Source: an uncultured bacterium (GTDB lineage: Bacteria > UBP14 > UBA6098 > B30-G16). From it: 50,892 nt of DNA. This document shows, one piece after another, positions 9,065-17,967 of this stretch. The position numbers and the translations under genes are program-made. Positions within the stretch are counted from its first letter, which is position 1; the number at the start of each line of letters is the position of its first letter. The DNA lies in NCBI GenBank assembly GCA_965552135.1, contig CBEVQY010000020.1, forward strand, positions 1-50,892, given 5' to 3'. The notes beneath the pieces were generated by a model that saw only the letters and a program-made list of their open reading frames with translations, was not told the DNA's origin and ran no database searches.

Positions 9065-10074
9065 CGAACCCCTGCAACAAGCATCTCGCAGAACGCCTGG
9101 AGCCTCATCTTAGTGCGGCTGTCGACGGAAAAACTCTCCCCGCCCTCAACTGTGATTATAGGCACCGAAAGCTCGCGGCGAAAGATCAAATCCTCAATGC
9201 GCCTAAAGCAGAAAGACTCGGTGTAGTGTATGATCCCAGCAAGCCTGCGGCGCTCGATCTGCCCCCTTATGTCCGCGATGCGTCCGCCTATTTTGTAGGG
9301 GTAGGTGTACCGCCGATATTGCTCCACGATGTCGTCCTGCACATCGAGCATAGCGAACTGCCGCTGGACCTCGTTGAAGACCACGCGAGCTCCGTACTCC
9401 TCCACGACGTCGTATATATCTCCGAACATCGGTGGGACGCCGATGTAGCCGAGCCTGACCTTCTGCGGCATCGGCTCACGACGGCTGACCTCCCCAAGGA
9501 AAGACTCGAGCTTTTGCGCGAAGGCATCGGGATCCCCGCCAAAATCGCTTGCCGAAACGAGCCAGATGTGGTTCTCAAAACCCGTCACCTTTCCGTCGCG
9601 CCAGGTGAGCTCATCAAGCTTTCGAAGGAGGCGTCTTATCTCGTCGAGGCGACGCTTCCAGGAGAGAACCTCGCTCCAGCTTGCCACGCCGAGGGCTTCG
9701 GCAAGGCGCTCGATCTGCTTGCGCAAAAGCTCAGCATCACCGTCGTAGGGGTAGGAGAACGGTATGATGCGAACGCCGTGCATCTCGAGGGTTTCTGCGA
9801 GGGCGTGGGTGTTGGAGCAGTCGCCCTGCATAACGGCGATGACCTCCTCTATCCCCTCGGCGAGAACGGCGCCGTATATGCCTTTGATCCACGGGCAGAG
9901 GTTGCGCGGGTAGCCGTCGAGCTCGGCGCGGGAAAGGAACTTTTGGCGGTCGGGGTGGGTGACGAAGAGATTGTTCAGGTCAACAGGCTCGGCTCCGGCG
10001 GCGTAGACGACCTCGACGGGGATCGTCGTCGTAAAACCCACCCGCCTCTTCCGACAATCGCTCGAAGCAGGCAT
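9061..10074 (-). CDS. 2-hydroxyacyl-CoA dehydratase subunit D family Fe-S protein
   Basis: VGFTTTIPVEVVYAAG, NLCPWIKG, GDCSNT, ESFCFR, TKMRLQAFCEML; three spaced Cys; stop overlaps the activase start. Confidence 0.85.
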   Translation of the reverse strand: MPASSDCRKRRVGFTTTIPVEVVYAAGAEPVDLNNLFVTHPDRQKFLSRAELDGYPRNLCPWIKGIYGAVLAEGIEEVIAVMQGDCSNTHALAETLEMHGVRIIPFSYPYDGDAELLRKQIERLAEALGVASWSEVLSWKRRLDEIRRLLRKLDELTWRDGKVTGFENHIWLVSASDFGGDPDAFAQKLESFLGEVSRREPMPQKVRLGYIGVPPMFGDIYDVVEEYGARVVFNEVQRQFAMLDVQDDIVEQYRRYTYPYKIGGRIADIRGQIERRRLAGIIHYTESFCFRRIEDLIFRRELSVPIITVEGGESFSVDSRTKMRLQAFCEMLVAGVR

Positions 10075-10080
10075 AGCGAA

Positions 10081-10491
10081 TCAGTAAACTACATCATCCA
10101 CGGCGTGCTGGAAGCCGTCTCTGGTAACGTCCCACACGTCCTCGGTGGGATCGCGGTCGATGTTGCCCCTTATCTCGATGTGGAAGTCATTCTCGTCGGC
10201 GCTTACGACCTTGGCGCGGTAATACTGCCCTATACGCGGAACAAAGCCCAGCTCCTTTATGCTGGATGCGTATCTGCCGTGGAGCGCTTTATACTCTTCT
10301 TGTTTGTTTATAAGCATCCGCGCCCACTGCTGCGCCTCGGACTGCTTAGCCGCCAAAGCCGCAGAGTACCTCTCCTCGAATATCTTCTCCTCCGCCTTCT
10401 TCACCGCCTTAGCCTTGTGCTCGGCGACGAAGTTGACGTAGATGAAATACGCCGCAAGCGCCACAAGAACGATGATGAGAAAGGTCTTCAT
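10081..10491 (-). CDS. Type IV pilin-like protein with N-terminal membrane anchor and no canonical prepilin signal
   Basis: AKQSEA...QEEY..HGRYA...LGFVP...YY...GNIDRDPTEDVW resembles Myxococcus-type PilA bodies; no G/FxxxE cleavage motif. Confidence 0.6.
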   Translation of the reverse strand: MKTFLIIVLVALAAYFIYVNFVAEHKAKAVKKAEEKIFEERYSAALAAKQSEAQQWARMLINKQEEYKALHGRYASSIKELGFVPRIGQYYRAKVVSADENDFHIEIRGNIDRDPTEDVWDVTRDGFQHAVDDVVY

Positions 10492-10518
10492 CCCAAGCCT
10501 CCGTTTCGCCCGAGGCTT

Positions 10519-10547
10519 ATGTTAAGGAAAAGCAAGCGCTATGTCAA
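10519..10547 (-). promoter_or_regulatory. Putative sigma70 promoter of the pilin-like/dehydratase operon
   Basis: TTGACA-17 nt-TAACAT, overlapping the M16 peptidase stop. Confidence 0.55.
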
Positions 10548-11882
10548 AGGCTGTTTTTCCGGCCCGGCTTCGAAGAGAGGGAACACATCTTCCACCGTCT
10601 TTTGCACGGGCTTGAGCCCGACGTCCGGGAGATCGCGGGCGTCTATCTCCCCGAGCACCATAACGGTTGCCTTTTCCCAGGGGGCGATCTTTGCCGCCAG
10701 CTCGAGGACATCGGAGGCTTGCACCGACATAAGCCTTTCAATCGTCTCGTCGATGGGCACGAACCTGCCGAGGTAATACTCCCCCTCCGCCGCGCGGACG
10801 AGCATGTTCCAGCTGCTTTCGGTGGAGAGGAGCAGCCTTCCGCGCAAAAAGTTTTTCGCCTTCACAAGTTCATCGTCTGGGACAGGCTCGCGCGAAAGTC
10901 TTTCTACCTCTCTTCGCAACTCGCGAAGCAGCCTTGCTGCGTTTTCGGGCGCCGCGGCGGCGTATATCCCCCAAAAGCCCGTCCTGCTGTAGTACTCCGC
11001 GAAGGAGTGAATATCGTACACAAGCCCGAGCTCCTCCCGAATTCGCTGGAAGAGTCTGCTTGCGGAGCCCCGTCCGAGCACGGCGTCGGCGACGGCAAGG
11101 CTGTAGCGCCTATCGTCGCTGTAGGGAAATGTCCGCCAGCCCACGAGAACGTGAACCTGCTGCGACCCGTACGGAACCACAACCACCTTCCCGGCAAAAG
11201 GGGCGCCCTCGGGAACGTCGTAGCCAAGTCTTTCTCCGCGGCGAGGATCAAAGTATTTCTCCACAAGCTCTGCGAACCTGTGGGGCTCAACGGCTCCGGA
11301 GGCGCCGACGAGAATGTTTTCGCCGACGTAATGGCTTTGCCAAAAACCAGCGATCGTTTTCCGCTCAAAAAGCTTTACCGTGGCTTCGGCGCCGAGGATC
11401 GGTCGAGCCAGGGGGATATCGCCGAAAAGCAGGAGTGGGAATATATCCTGCGCCAGCACGGAGGGCGTTTCGCGGACCTCCCGCATCTCCGAGAGGACGA
11501 CGCCGCGCTCAAGCTCGATATCCTCCTCTCTGAAAAGGGGTCGGCACACAAGGTCGGCAAGGATGCGCAGCGCAACCTCGAGGTCCTCACCGACCACCGT
11601 CGCCTGGTAACAGGTCTCCTCGCGGGACGTGTACGCATCTATCCCGCCGCCGCGGGACTCGATCTCAGTGACTATGGCGCGGGCGTCGTAGTTGCGTGTG
11701 CCTTTGAAGACGAGGTGTTCGATGAAGTGGCTTATCCCCGCAAGCGCGTTGGGTTCGTGTGCGGAGCCCGAAAAGACCCAAACGCCCACCGAGGCAGCTA
11801 TCTTGCCCGCCATAGGCAGCGCGATGGCTCGAACGCCGCGCGAAAGCTCGAAGCGAAAAACCTCCACTCTCGTGCCGCTCAT
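10539..11882 (-). CDS. M16 family (pitrilysin-like) zinc peptidase
   Basis: Inverted zinc motif HFIEH in GISHFIEHLVFKGT; DAYTSREETCY; SRLFQRIREELGLVY. Confidence 0.93.
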   Translation of the reverse strand: MSGTRVEVFRFELSRGVRAIALPMAGKIAASVGVWVFSGSAHEPNALAGISHFIEHLVFKGTRNYDARAIVTEIESRGGGIDAYTSREETCYQATVVGEDLEVALRILADLVCRPLFREEDIELERGVVLSEMREVRETPSVLAQDIFPLLLFGDIPLARPILGAEATVKLFERKTIAGFWQSHYVGENILVGASGAVEPHRFAELVEKYFDPRRGERLGYDVPEGAPFAGKVVVVPYGSQQVHVLVGWRTFPYSDDRRYSLAVADAVLGRGSASRLFQRIREELGLVYDIHSFAEYYSRTGFWGIYAAAAPENAARLLRELRREVERLSREPVPDDELVKAKNFLRGRLLLSTESSWNMLVRAAEGEYYLGRFVPIDETIERLMSVQASDVLELAAKIAPWEKATVMVLGEIDARDLPDVGLKPVQKTVEDVFPLFEAGPEKQPLT

Positions 11883-14683
11883 CCTAACTTCTCCGCGATA
11901 ATGTCGAAAAGCTCCTGCGGGTCGAACACGTCCACAGGCTTTGTGGGCAGCGACTTGACGAAGAACTCGCCGTACCTTCTGCTTGCGGCGCGGGGGTCCA
12001 TTATGACGAGGACGCCCCTGTCGGTCTCGCTGCGGATAAGTCTCCCTACGCCCTGCCGGAACTTTATCACCGCCTGAGGGACGATGTATTCGGTGAACGG
12101 GTCTCCGCCGCGGGCGCGGATGAGCTCCTGCTTCGCCTCGGTGTAGGGATCGTCGGGCGCGCCGAAGGGAAGCTTCACCAAAAACAAAACCTCAAGGCTC
12201 TCGCCGGGGACGTCGATCCCCTGCCAGAAGGTCTCGGTGCCCAAAAGAACCGACTCCGTGTCCTCCACAAACTGGCGCGCAAGCGCAGAGTGAGAGCCCG
12301 AAAGACCCTGAGCCATAACCCTTATCCCCTCGCGCCTGAGCTGATCGTAGAGGTTGTGGAAGACCTGCTGGAGCATGCTGTGGCTTGTGAAAAGCGCCAG
12401 CGTACCTTTGCGCATCCTGCGCGACGACTCGTATATGACCTCCGACGCCTTCTCCACAAAAGCCCTTTCGTTTGCTGGCGTCGGGTCGGGCATGAAGCGG
12501 GCGATGGCTATCGCAAGTTGCCTATCGAAGTCGTATGGTGAGCCCAAAAGCTTTTGGTTAATCCTCTCAGGCGGCGCGAAGGCAACGCCGAGGTTCTCGA
12601 GGAAGTACTCGAAGCTCCCCGCCACAGTCAGCGTCGCCGAGGTGAACACAACCGCACCCAGATGTGAGTAGAGCTCGTCGTGGAGGATTTCGCCTATGTT
12701 AAGCGGCGCCCAGCAGAGCTTTGCCTCGTTCGAGTCGACCCGCGGCGGCGACTCAAACCAGTACACGAAATCGCGCTCCGTTGGCGAAAGGACAAAGCTT
12801 AGGTCCTGCGCAAGCTCGTCAAGCTTCGATATCTGCCCGCAAAGCTCCTCAAGGAGCCTGTCGGTTTGCGCATCGGAGGGGACAACCACATCGGCGAAAG
12901 CCTTAAGCGCACCCTTGGCTCTCTCCAAATATCCCAAAAGCGTTCTCCCAAGTGGCTCGAGCCTTGCGAAGACTGGGTTGTCGACGTCGTAACGCCTGCG
13001 AACCGGATACCTCTGCTCGCGCCAGTGGTAGATGTACTCCATAAGCTCCGCAAGCTCGGTGAAGAACTGTTCGGCAAAGGCTCTTGCGGCGATGACGGCG
13101 TTTGAGGCTTTGGAGAAAGGCTGAGCGTATTCTTCCTTCTCGCCGAGCGCGCCGAAAAGCAAAGCCAGCGTGCCTGATCTCGCCGGGGTCTCGGAGAATA
13201 TCCCGTCGAGTGTGGACCTGAACCTCCACAGGGCGACCGTTCCCCCCAGGTGAGACACCGCCACGCGCTCGAGATTGTGCGCCTCATCGACGATAAGGTA
13301 TTTGTAGTCGCCCAAAAGACCGCTCTGAAGGTCGGACAGAAGCAGGGCGTGGTTGACCACAAGGATCTGGGCGTCGTGTACCTGGCGCCTGACCTTGTGC
13401 ACAAAGCAGGTGGGGAAGAACTTGCACTTCTTGCCGATGCACGTGTGACCGTCGGCGCGCACTTTGTCCCAAAAGTAGTTCTGGCGCATGTTCAAAAACG
13501 CGGTGTTTTCTGTTATGTCCCCCGATTCCGTCTCACCGAGCCACGAAACGATGTACAAAAGCCCCTCGCGCTCCCTGAACGACAAAAGCCCGGGGTTCTC
13601 GATGTACCGCTGGAGCCTGTTGAGGCAGATGTAGTTCCCCTTGCCCTTCAGGAGAATCGCCTTGAACCCGAACGGTAGCACTTTCGCCAGCGCGGGTATG
13701 TCGGAGAAGAAGAGCTGTTCCTGAAGCGCCTTTGTGAAGGTTGAGATCACGACCTTCTCCCCCGACGCAGCTGCCCAGAAGACGGCTGGCAGCAGGTATG
13801 CGAACGACTTTCCGACGCCCGTGCCCGCCTCGACCATCAAAAGCTCACCTCCGGAGAACGCCTGCGCGACAAGCTCCGACATCTGCTTTTGCTGCGGTCG
13901 CGGACGGAACTTCGGCAGAACGCCCGCAAGGGGGCTGCCCTCCGAAAGGTAGGAGGTCACAAGCTCAGCCGAGAACTCCACCCTCGCGCGCGTGGGCTCG
14001 CCGAACTCGTTCTGGAGCTTAAGCAGCACCCGTTCGTCCACAGCCGGCGGCTCTGGGCGACCGCGCATGCGGAACATCTGAGCTCTCGTGAAGAGCTCGC
14101 CAAGGTCGACCATGCCCGCCGAGAAGGTGAGCCGAAGCATTTGCTCGAAGAGCTCGTCGGGCAGCGAGAGCATCTTCTGCCACAGCCCCTTTGCGGCGTG
14201 GGCAGTTGCCTCGGCGTCGGGCAGGGCGCGGTGAGCCCTCCTGTGCTCGAAGCCGAAAAGCGCCGCAACGGTCTCAAGCTGGTGGTTCACGAGGTTCGGG
14301 AAAAGCGCCTTCGCCAAAGACAGCGTGTCGACTGTGGGGTTCCGCGGGGGCTTAAGCCCGAGGTCGAGCGACTTGCGCTGGATGAAGCTCAGGTCGAACG
14401 GGGCGTTGTGGGCGACGAGCGCCGCATCGCCGACGAACCCCAAAAAACCATCGAGCGCCTCGGGAAGACCCGGAGCGCCGGCGACCATCTCGTCGTCTAT
14501 GCCGGTGAGCTGGCGGATGTGCAGAGGGATGGGTCGAGAGGGGCTCACGAGCGTGGAGAAGCGCTCAAAGCTCCCGTCGGACCTGATCCGAACAGCGCCG
14601 ATCTCGATTATCTCGTCAAACGCAGGGTCAAAACCTGTGGTTTCAAGGTCGAAGGCAACTATGTCCTCGTAGCCGAAGAGCAT
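11879..14683 (-). CDS. dinG: DinG family helicase with N-terminal DnaQ-like 3'-5' exonuclease
   Basis: DLETTG, AHNAPFD, HRALPDA (DEDDh); EAGTGVGKS Walker A; Fe-S Cys region; VDEAHNL; SATL; QGVGRLIR. Confidence 0.92.
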   Translation of the reverse strand: MLFGYEDIVAFDLETTGFDPAFDEIIEIGAVRIRSDGSFERFSTLVSPSRPIPLHIRQLTGIDDEMVAGAPGLPEALDGFLGFVGDAALVAHNAPFDLSFIQRKSLDLGLKPPRNPTVDTLSLAKALFPNLVNHQLETVAALFGFEHRRAHRALPDAEATAHAAKGLWQKMLSLPDELFEQMLRLTFSAGMVDLGELFTRAQMFRMRGRPEPPAVDERVLLKLQNEFGEPTRARVEFSAELVTSYLSEGSPLAGVLPKFRPRPQQKQMSELVAQAFSGGELLMVEAGTGVGKSFAYLLPAVFWAAASGEKVVISTFTKALQEQLFFSDIPALAKVLPFGFKAILLKGKGNYICLNRLQRYIENPGLLSFREREGLLYIVSWLGETESGDITENTAFLNMRQNYFWDKVRADGHTCIGKKCKFFPTCFVHKVRRQVHDAQILVVNHALLLSDLQSGLLGDYKYLIVDEAHNLERVAVSHLGGTVALWRFRSTLDGIFSETPARSGTLALLFGALGEKEEYAQPFSKASNAVIAARAFAEQFFTELAELMEYIYHWREQRYPVRRRYDVDNPVFARLEPLGRTLLGYLERAKGALKAFADVVVPSDAQTDRLLEELCGQISKLDELAQDLSFVLSPTERDFVYWFESPPRVDSNEAKLCWAPLNIGEILHDELYSHLGAVVFTSATLTVAGSFEYFLENLGVAFAPPERINQKLLGSPYDFDRQLAIAIARFMPDPTPANERAFVEKASEVIYESSRRMRKGTLALFTSHSMLQQVFHNLYDQLRREGIRVMAQGLSGSHSALARQFVEDTESVLLGTETFWQGIDVPGESLEVLFLVKLPFGAPDDPYTEAKQELIRARGGDPFTEYIVPQAVIKFRQGVGRLIRSETDRGVLVIMDPRAASRRYGEFFVKSLPTKPVDVFDPQELFDIIAEKLG

Positions 14684-14691
14684 AGCAATCT

Positions 14692-14871
14692 AAAAAATGC
14701 GCACGCCCCCGTTCCGCAAGGGTTTAATCCCCTACGGACAGCTCTCCGATGCGCGGTTGGGGACCATGCTGTGGGTGCAACCGTCCAACGACGACGTCTC
14801 CAAAGCGAGGGCTGAGCGCCTGACGAACCCCACGAGGTCAACGCCCCCACCGACAGCACCCCGAAGCGCAT
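14692..14871 (-). ncRNA. Structured RNA candidate (~175 nt), family unassigned, some 6S-like traits
   Basis: Intergenic; closing ATGCGC/GCGCAT stem followed by a T-run; long irregular stem (GGTGC/GCATC, CGGT/ACCG, GACC/GGTC, GTGGG/CCCAC); hairpin CCGTAGGGG-ATTAAA-CCCTTGCGG; G-U wobbles favour the minus strand. Confidence 0.5.
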
Positions 14872-14900
14872 CCACGCCACGAGCAACCGCAAAGCGCGCC

Positions 14901-16535
14901 TTATCTCATGCCCCTCGCGACGGCTATGGGCACCCTGTGGTGCTCGACCTTGCCGCCCTGTTCGACCTGAGCGACGACGACGTAGGCTCCTGTGGGGACC
15001 GGCTCGCCGCGGTCGTTCCTGCCGTCCCAAGTGGTGAGCGACGTCTCGCCGAAATCGCGCACGAGCCTGCCGCGCAGATCGTAAATCCTGAGCTCAACGA
15101 CGGCATCGACGGGAGCGCTGACCTTTATCGAGCTGTTCTCCACCTCGGGGTCGAACGGGTTCGGCGAGACTTCGACCGAGACCTCGGCGGTGAACTCCAG
15201 CTGCCACAGCGAGTTTTCGCGGCAGGGGGTTGAGGCTGTGCGGCAGCAGCCCCAGTTGCTGGGATCAGTGGAGGGCGCATCAACGTCGATCCGCTCAAGC
15301 GAAACGCCGTAGTCGATGCAGGGGTAGTCGTCGGGATCGTAGTAGAAGCTATCGACAGCTAAGCTTTCGGCGTCTCTGATCTGGACGGCATCGCCGTCGT
15401 TGTTGAAGCTGCGCCAGTCGGCGGGAACGACAACGGGACAGCCGCAGGTGTCAAGCTCCCCCAAGAACTCAGCAACGACAACGAACTCCCCCGGGGCGAG
15501 CACGACGGAGCTTTCCGCAATCACGACGCAATCGTATTCGTCGCAAACGTACCATCCGGCGAGGTCGGCTGGTGCATCGCCCGCGTTGTAGAGCTCAACC
15601 CACTCGGGCGTCTCCTCGGGTATGGTGGACGGCTTGAACATCACCTCGGTTACGAGCACGTTGGGCGCCGCTCCGGGCTCGTAGACGCTCAGCGAGCGCG
15701 AAAGGCTGTTGTTCTCACCCACGGTGTCGTCCACGCAGGCGATGAGCGTGTACGTCCCCTCGGGCAGCGCAAGCGAGAAGCTTTCGGTCACCGACGAGTC
15801 GGGCGGAATTTCGGGCAGCGACGCGGAGCCGACGAAGGTCGTTTCGCCGCCGGCGACGTAGCGGAGCTCAAGCGAAAACCCACTTGCCTGCACAAGCCCA
15901 ACGTTCCGAACCTCCACGATGACCGAAAACTCCTCGTTCGGTAGCGGCTGCTCGGGCTCAAGCTCAACCGCCACGACGGCCAGGTCGAGCGACTCAGGCG
16001 CCGAGAAGACCGAATTCCGGCGACCGGGGGTCGCACCCGAGGGATCGGAGCTGCAGTCCCAGTTCGCCTGATCAACCGACGAGCCCCAAGGGTCGATCCT
16101 CTCGAGGGAGATGCCATAGTCCACGCACGGGTGTTCGTCGACGACGTATACGGCGCTGTCGACGAGGACGCTTTCCGGCGACCAGAGTCTGACGCCGTCG
16201 GTGCCGGTGTTGTTCAGGGCGCGCCACGTGTCGGGAACAAGCGTTATGGAGTCGGGAAGCGTCTCCCACGAAAACTTCGCGACAACGACGTAGCCGCCGG
16301 GCGGAACCGAAAAGTCATCCCCCGTTATGACCACAGGGTCGTGGGAGGTCCCCTCGCCGATGTCGGAGTACATCCACCCGGATAGGTTGACCGTGGAGTC
16401 GGAGACGTTCAAAAGCTCGAACCATTCCGGCGTCTCCTCGGGCAGGGTTGAGGGTTTGAACATGATCTCGTTTACGACAAGCTGCCCCCAAGCTGCCCCA
16501 ACACACAACGCAAACGCACAAAGCAAAGCGCGCAT
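14901..16535 (-). CDS. Secreted protein: two lamin-tail domains, CARDB, FlgD/T9SS-like C-terminal domain
   Basis: Duplicated (N/T)E(I/V)MFKPSTxPEETPEWxELxN...SLERID; CARDB DLAV..VRNVG..ENN; C-terminus SPNPFDP..IYDLRGRLVR..WDGRNDRGEPVPTGAY. Confidence 0.85.
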   Translation of the reverse strand: MRALLCAFALCVGAAWGQLVVNEIMFKPSTLPEETPEWFELLNVSDSTVNLSGWMYSDIGEGTSHDPVVITGDDFSVPPGGYVVVAKFSWETLPDSITLVPDTWRALNNTGTDGVRLWSPESVLVDSAVYVVDEHPCVDYGISLERIDPWGSSVDQANWDCSSDPSGATPGRRNSVFSAPESLDLAVVAVELEPEQPLPNEEFSVIVEVRNVGLVQASGFSLELRYVAGGETTFVGSASLPEIPPDSSVTESFSLALPEGTYTLIACVDDTVGENNSLSRSLSVYEPGAAPNVLVTEVMFKPSTIPEETPEWVELYNAGDAPADLAGWYVCDEYDCVVIAESSVVLAPGEFVVVAEFLGELDTCGCPVVVPADWRSFNNDGDAVQIRDAESLAVDSFYYDPDDYPCIDYGVSLERIDVDAPSTDPSNWGCCRTASTPCRENSLWQLEFTAEVSVEVSPNPFDPEVENSSIKVSAPVDAVVELRIYDLRGRLVRDFGETSLTTWDGRNDRGEPVPTGAYVVVAQVEQGGKVEHHRVPIAVARGMR

Positions 16536-16551
16536 AAAACGCCCCCTTCGT

Positions 16552-17265
16552 CTACTTCACCACAAACTTCACGACCAGAAAGCCTCCAATAAGCAAGACG
16601 GCGAAGATAAGCGTTAACAGGTTGAAGTGTTTGTCGATTAAAGCCTTAGCCTTTTCGCCGAAGAGCGCCATCAGAGCTGCCTCGATGAAGAACCGCGCCC
16701 CTCGGCTCAGGGCGGATGCGACGACGAAAACCACAAAGTTTATCCTGCACGCCCCGGCGGCTATTGTGAACACCTTATACGGTATCGGCGTGAATCCAGC
16801 GGTTGCAACGGCAAGACCGCTGTACTGATTGTAGAGGCTTGCGATCCGCTCGAACTGCTCCATAGCGCCGTAGAGCCTGAGCAGCTTGATGCCCACAGCA
16901 TCCATAAACCACAGCCCGATGGCGTATCCCAGCGCTCCGCCGAGCACCGAGAAGACCGAGCTTAAGGTCGCATACCACCACGCCTTCTTCGGACGCGAAA
17001 GGGACATAGGTATAAGCAGCGTATCGGGCGCGATGGGGAAAAAGCTCGACTCGGAAAAGGCGGTGAGTATAAGCGCCCAAACGGCATAAGGAGTATACGC
17101 CCAGTGAAGGACCCAGTAGTAAAGCCTTTTTAGCGGATTTTTGGTTTTGGGCTTTCGGTCGACGCTCAGGACGACTTTGAACTTGTGCGCTACACCCTCG
17201 ACGGCATCTGCGGGGGCATCGAGGGAGCTTGGGACGTCCTTATTGCCGTGGGGCGCGGAAGACAT
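16552..17265 (-). CDS. YqaA/DedA (VTT domain) membrane protein
   Basis: AFSESSFFPIAPDTLLIPM, SVLGGALGYAIG, AGFTPIPYKVFTIAAG, SRGARF; true start may be downstream. Confidence 0.9.
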   Translation of the reverse strand: MSSAPHGNKDVPSSLDAPADAVEGVAHKFKVVLSVDRKPKTKNPLKRLYYWVLHWAYTPYAVWALILTAFSESSFFPIAPDTLLIPMSLSRPKKAWWYATLSSVFSVLGGALGYAIGLWFMDAVGIKLLRLYGAMEQFERIASLYNQYSGLAVATAGFTPIPYKVFTIAAGACRINFVVFVVASALSRGARFFIEAALMALFGEKAKALIDKHFNLLTLIFAVLLIGGFLVVKFVVK

Positions 17266-17270
17266 CGAGA

Positions 17271-17498
17271 CTACGAGCCCTCTTCTTTCTCGCCGATGAG
17301 CTTGCGGATCCCGAGCTCGTGCTCGCGGAGAATCGTGTTTATCCTCGCGATGTCCTTCCGGATCTGCCTGATCCGCTTGGGGTTATCTAAGGGCTTTATG
17401 GCGCTTTGCATCCGCAGGTTGAACCACTCCTCGAAAAGAAGCCTCCTTTGGCGCAAAAGCTCGTCTTTGGTCATATTTCTGAGCTCTTCGATCTTCAT
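17271..17498 (-). CDS. rpmC: 50S ribosomal protein L29
   Basis: MKIEELR...FNLRMQ...[23 protein letters not shown]. Confidence 0.97.
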   Translation of the reverse strand: MKIEELRNMTKDELLRQRRLLFEEWFNLRMQSAIKPLDNPKRIRQIRKDIARINTILREHELGIRKLIGEKEEGS

Positions 17499-17923
17499 AG
17501 CACGTATCCCCCCTCCCTTCCGCGGACGACGAACTTGACCTTTATGGGGAGCTTTCGCGCGGCAAGCTGCATCGCCCTGAAGGCTACCTCCTCGGGCACG
17601 CCGGCAACCTCAAACAGGATCCTTCCCGGCTTGACGACGGCGACCCAATACTCGGGGTTGCCCTTGCCCTTCCCCATTCTCGTCTCCGGCGGGCGCCTGG
17701 TGACGGGCTTGTGGGGGAAGATATTTATCCAGACTTTGCCTGCGCGCTTTATGTGCCTCGTTATCGCCACACGCGCAGCCTCGATCTGACGTGCCGTTAT
17801 CCAGGCGGGCTCCATTGCCTTCATGCCGTACTCGCCGAAGGCTATTTTGTTGCCGCGCGTTGCCTTGCCCTTCATACGGCCGCGCTGGTGCTTCCTGTAT
17901 TTAACGCGCCGCGGCATCAGCAT
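17495..17923 (-). CDS. rplP: 50S ribosomal protein L16
   Basis: [16 protein letters not shown]...RQIEAARVA...RMGKGKG; GGAGG RBS before ATG 17923. Confidence 0.98.
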   Translation of the reverse strand: MLMPRRVKYRKHQRGRMKGKATRGNKIAFGEYGMKAMEPAWITARQIEAARVAITRHIKRAGKVWINIFPHKPVTRRPPETRMGKGKGNPEYWVAVVKPGRILFEVAGVPEEVAFRAMQLAARKLPIKVKFVVRGREGGYVL

Positions 17924-17967
17924 AACCAAGCCTCCCGAATTTATTTCCACACAAAGCGGGGCGCGCC

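Noticed and set aside
14744..14757. GGAGAGCTGTCCG on the minus strand resembles a tRNA-Ser 5' end
   Set aside because: No D-loop, anticodon arm, TTCGA loop or acceptor 3' strand follows
14750..14869. Plus-strand words resembling a c-di-AMP (ydaO) riboswitch (GGGGACCA, CCGACAGC-ACCCCG-AAGCG)
   Set aside because: Conserved positions are missing, no plus-strand gene lies downstream, and wobble pairs favour the minus strand; a cmscan run would settle it
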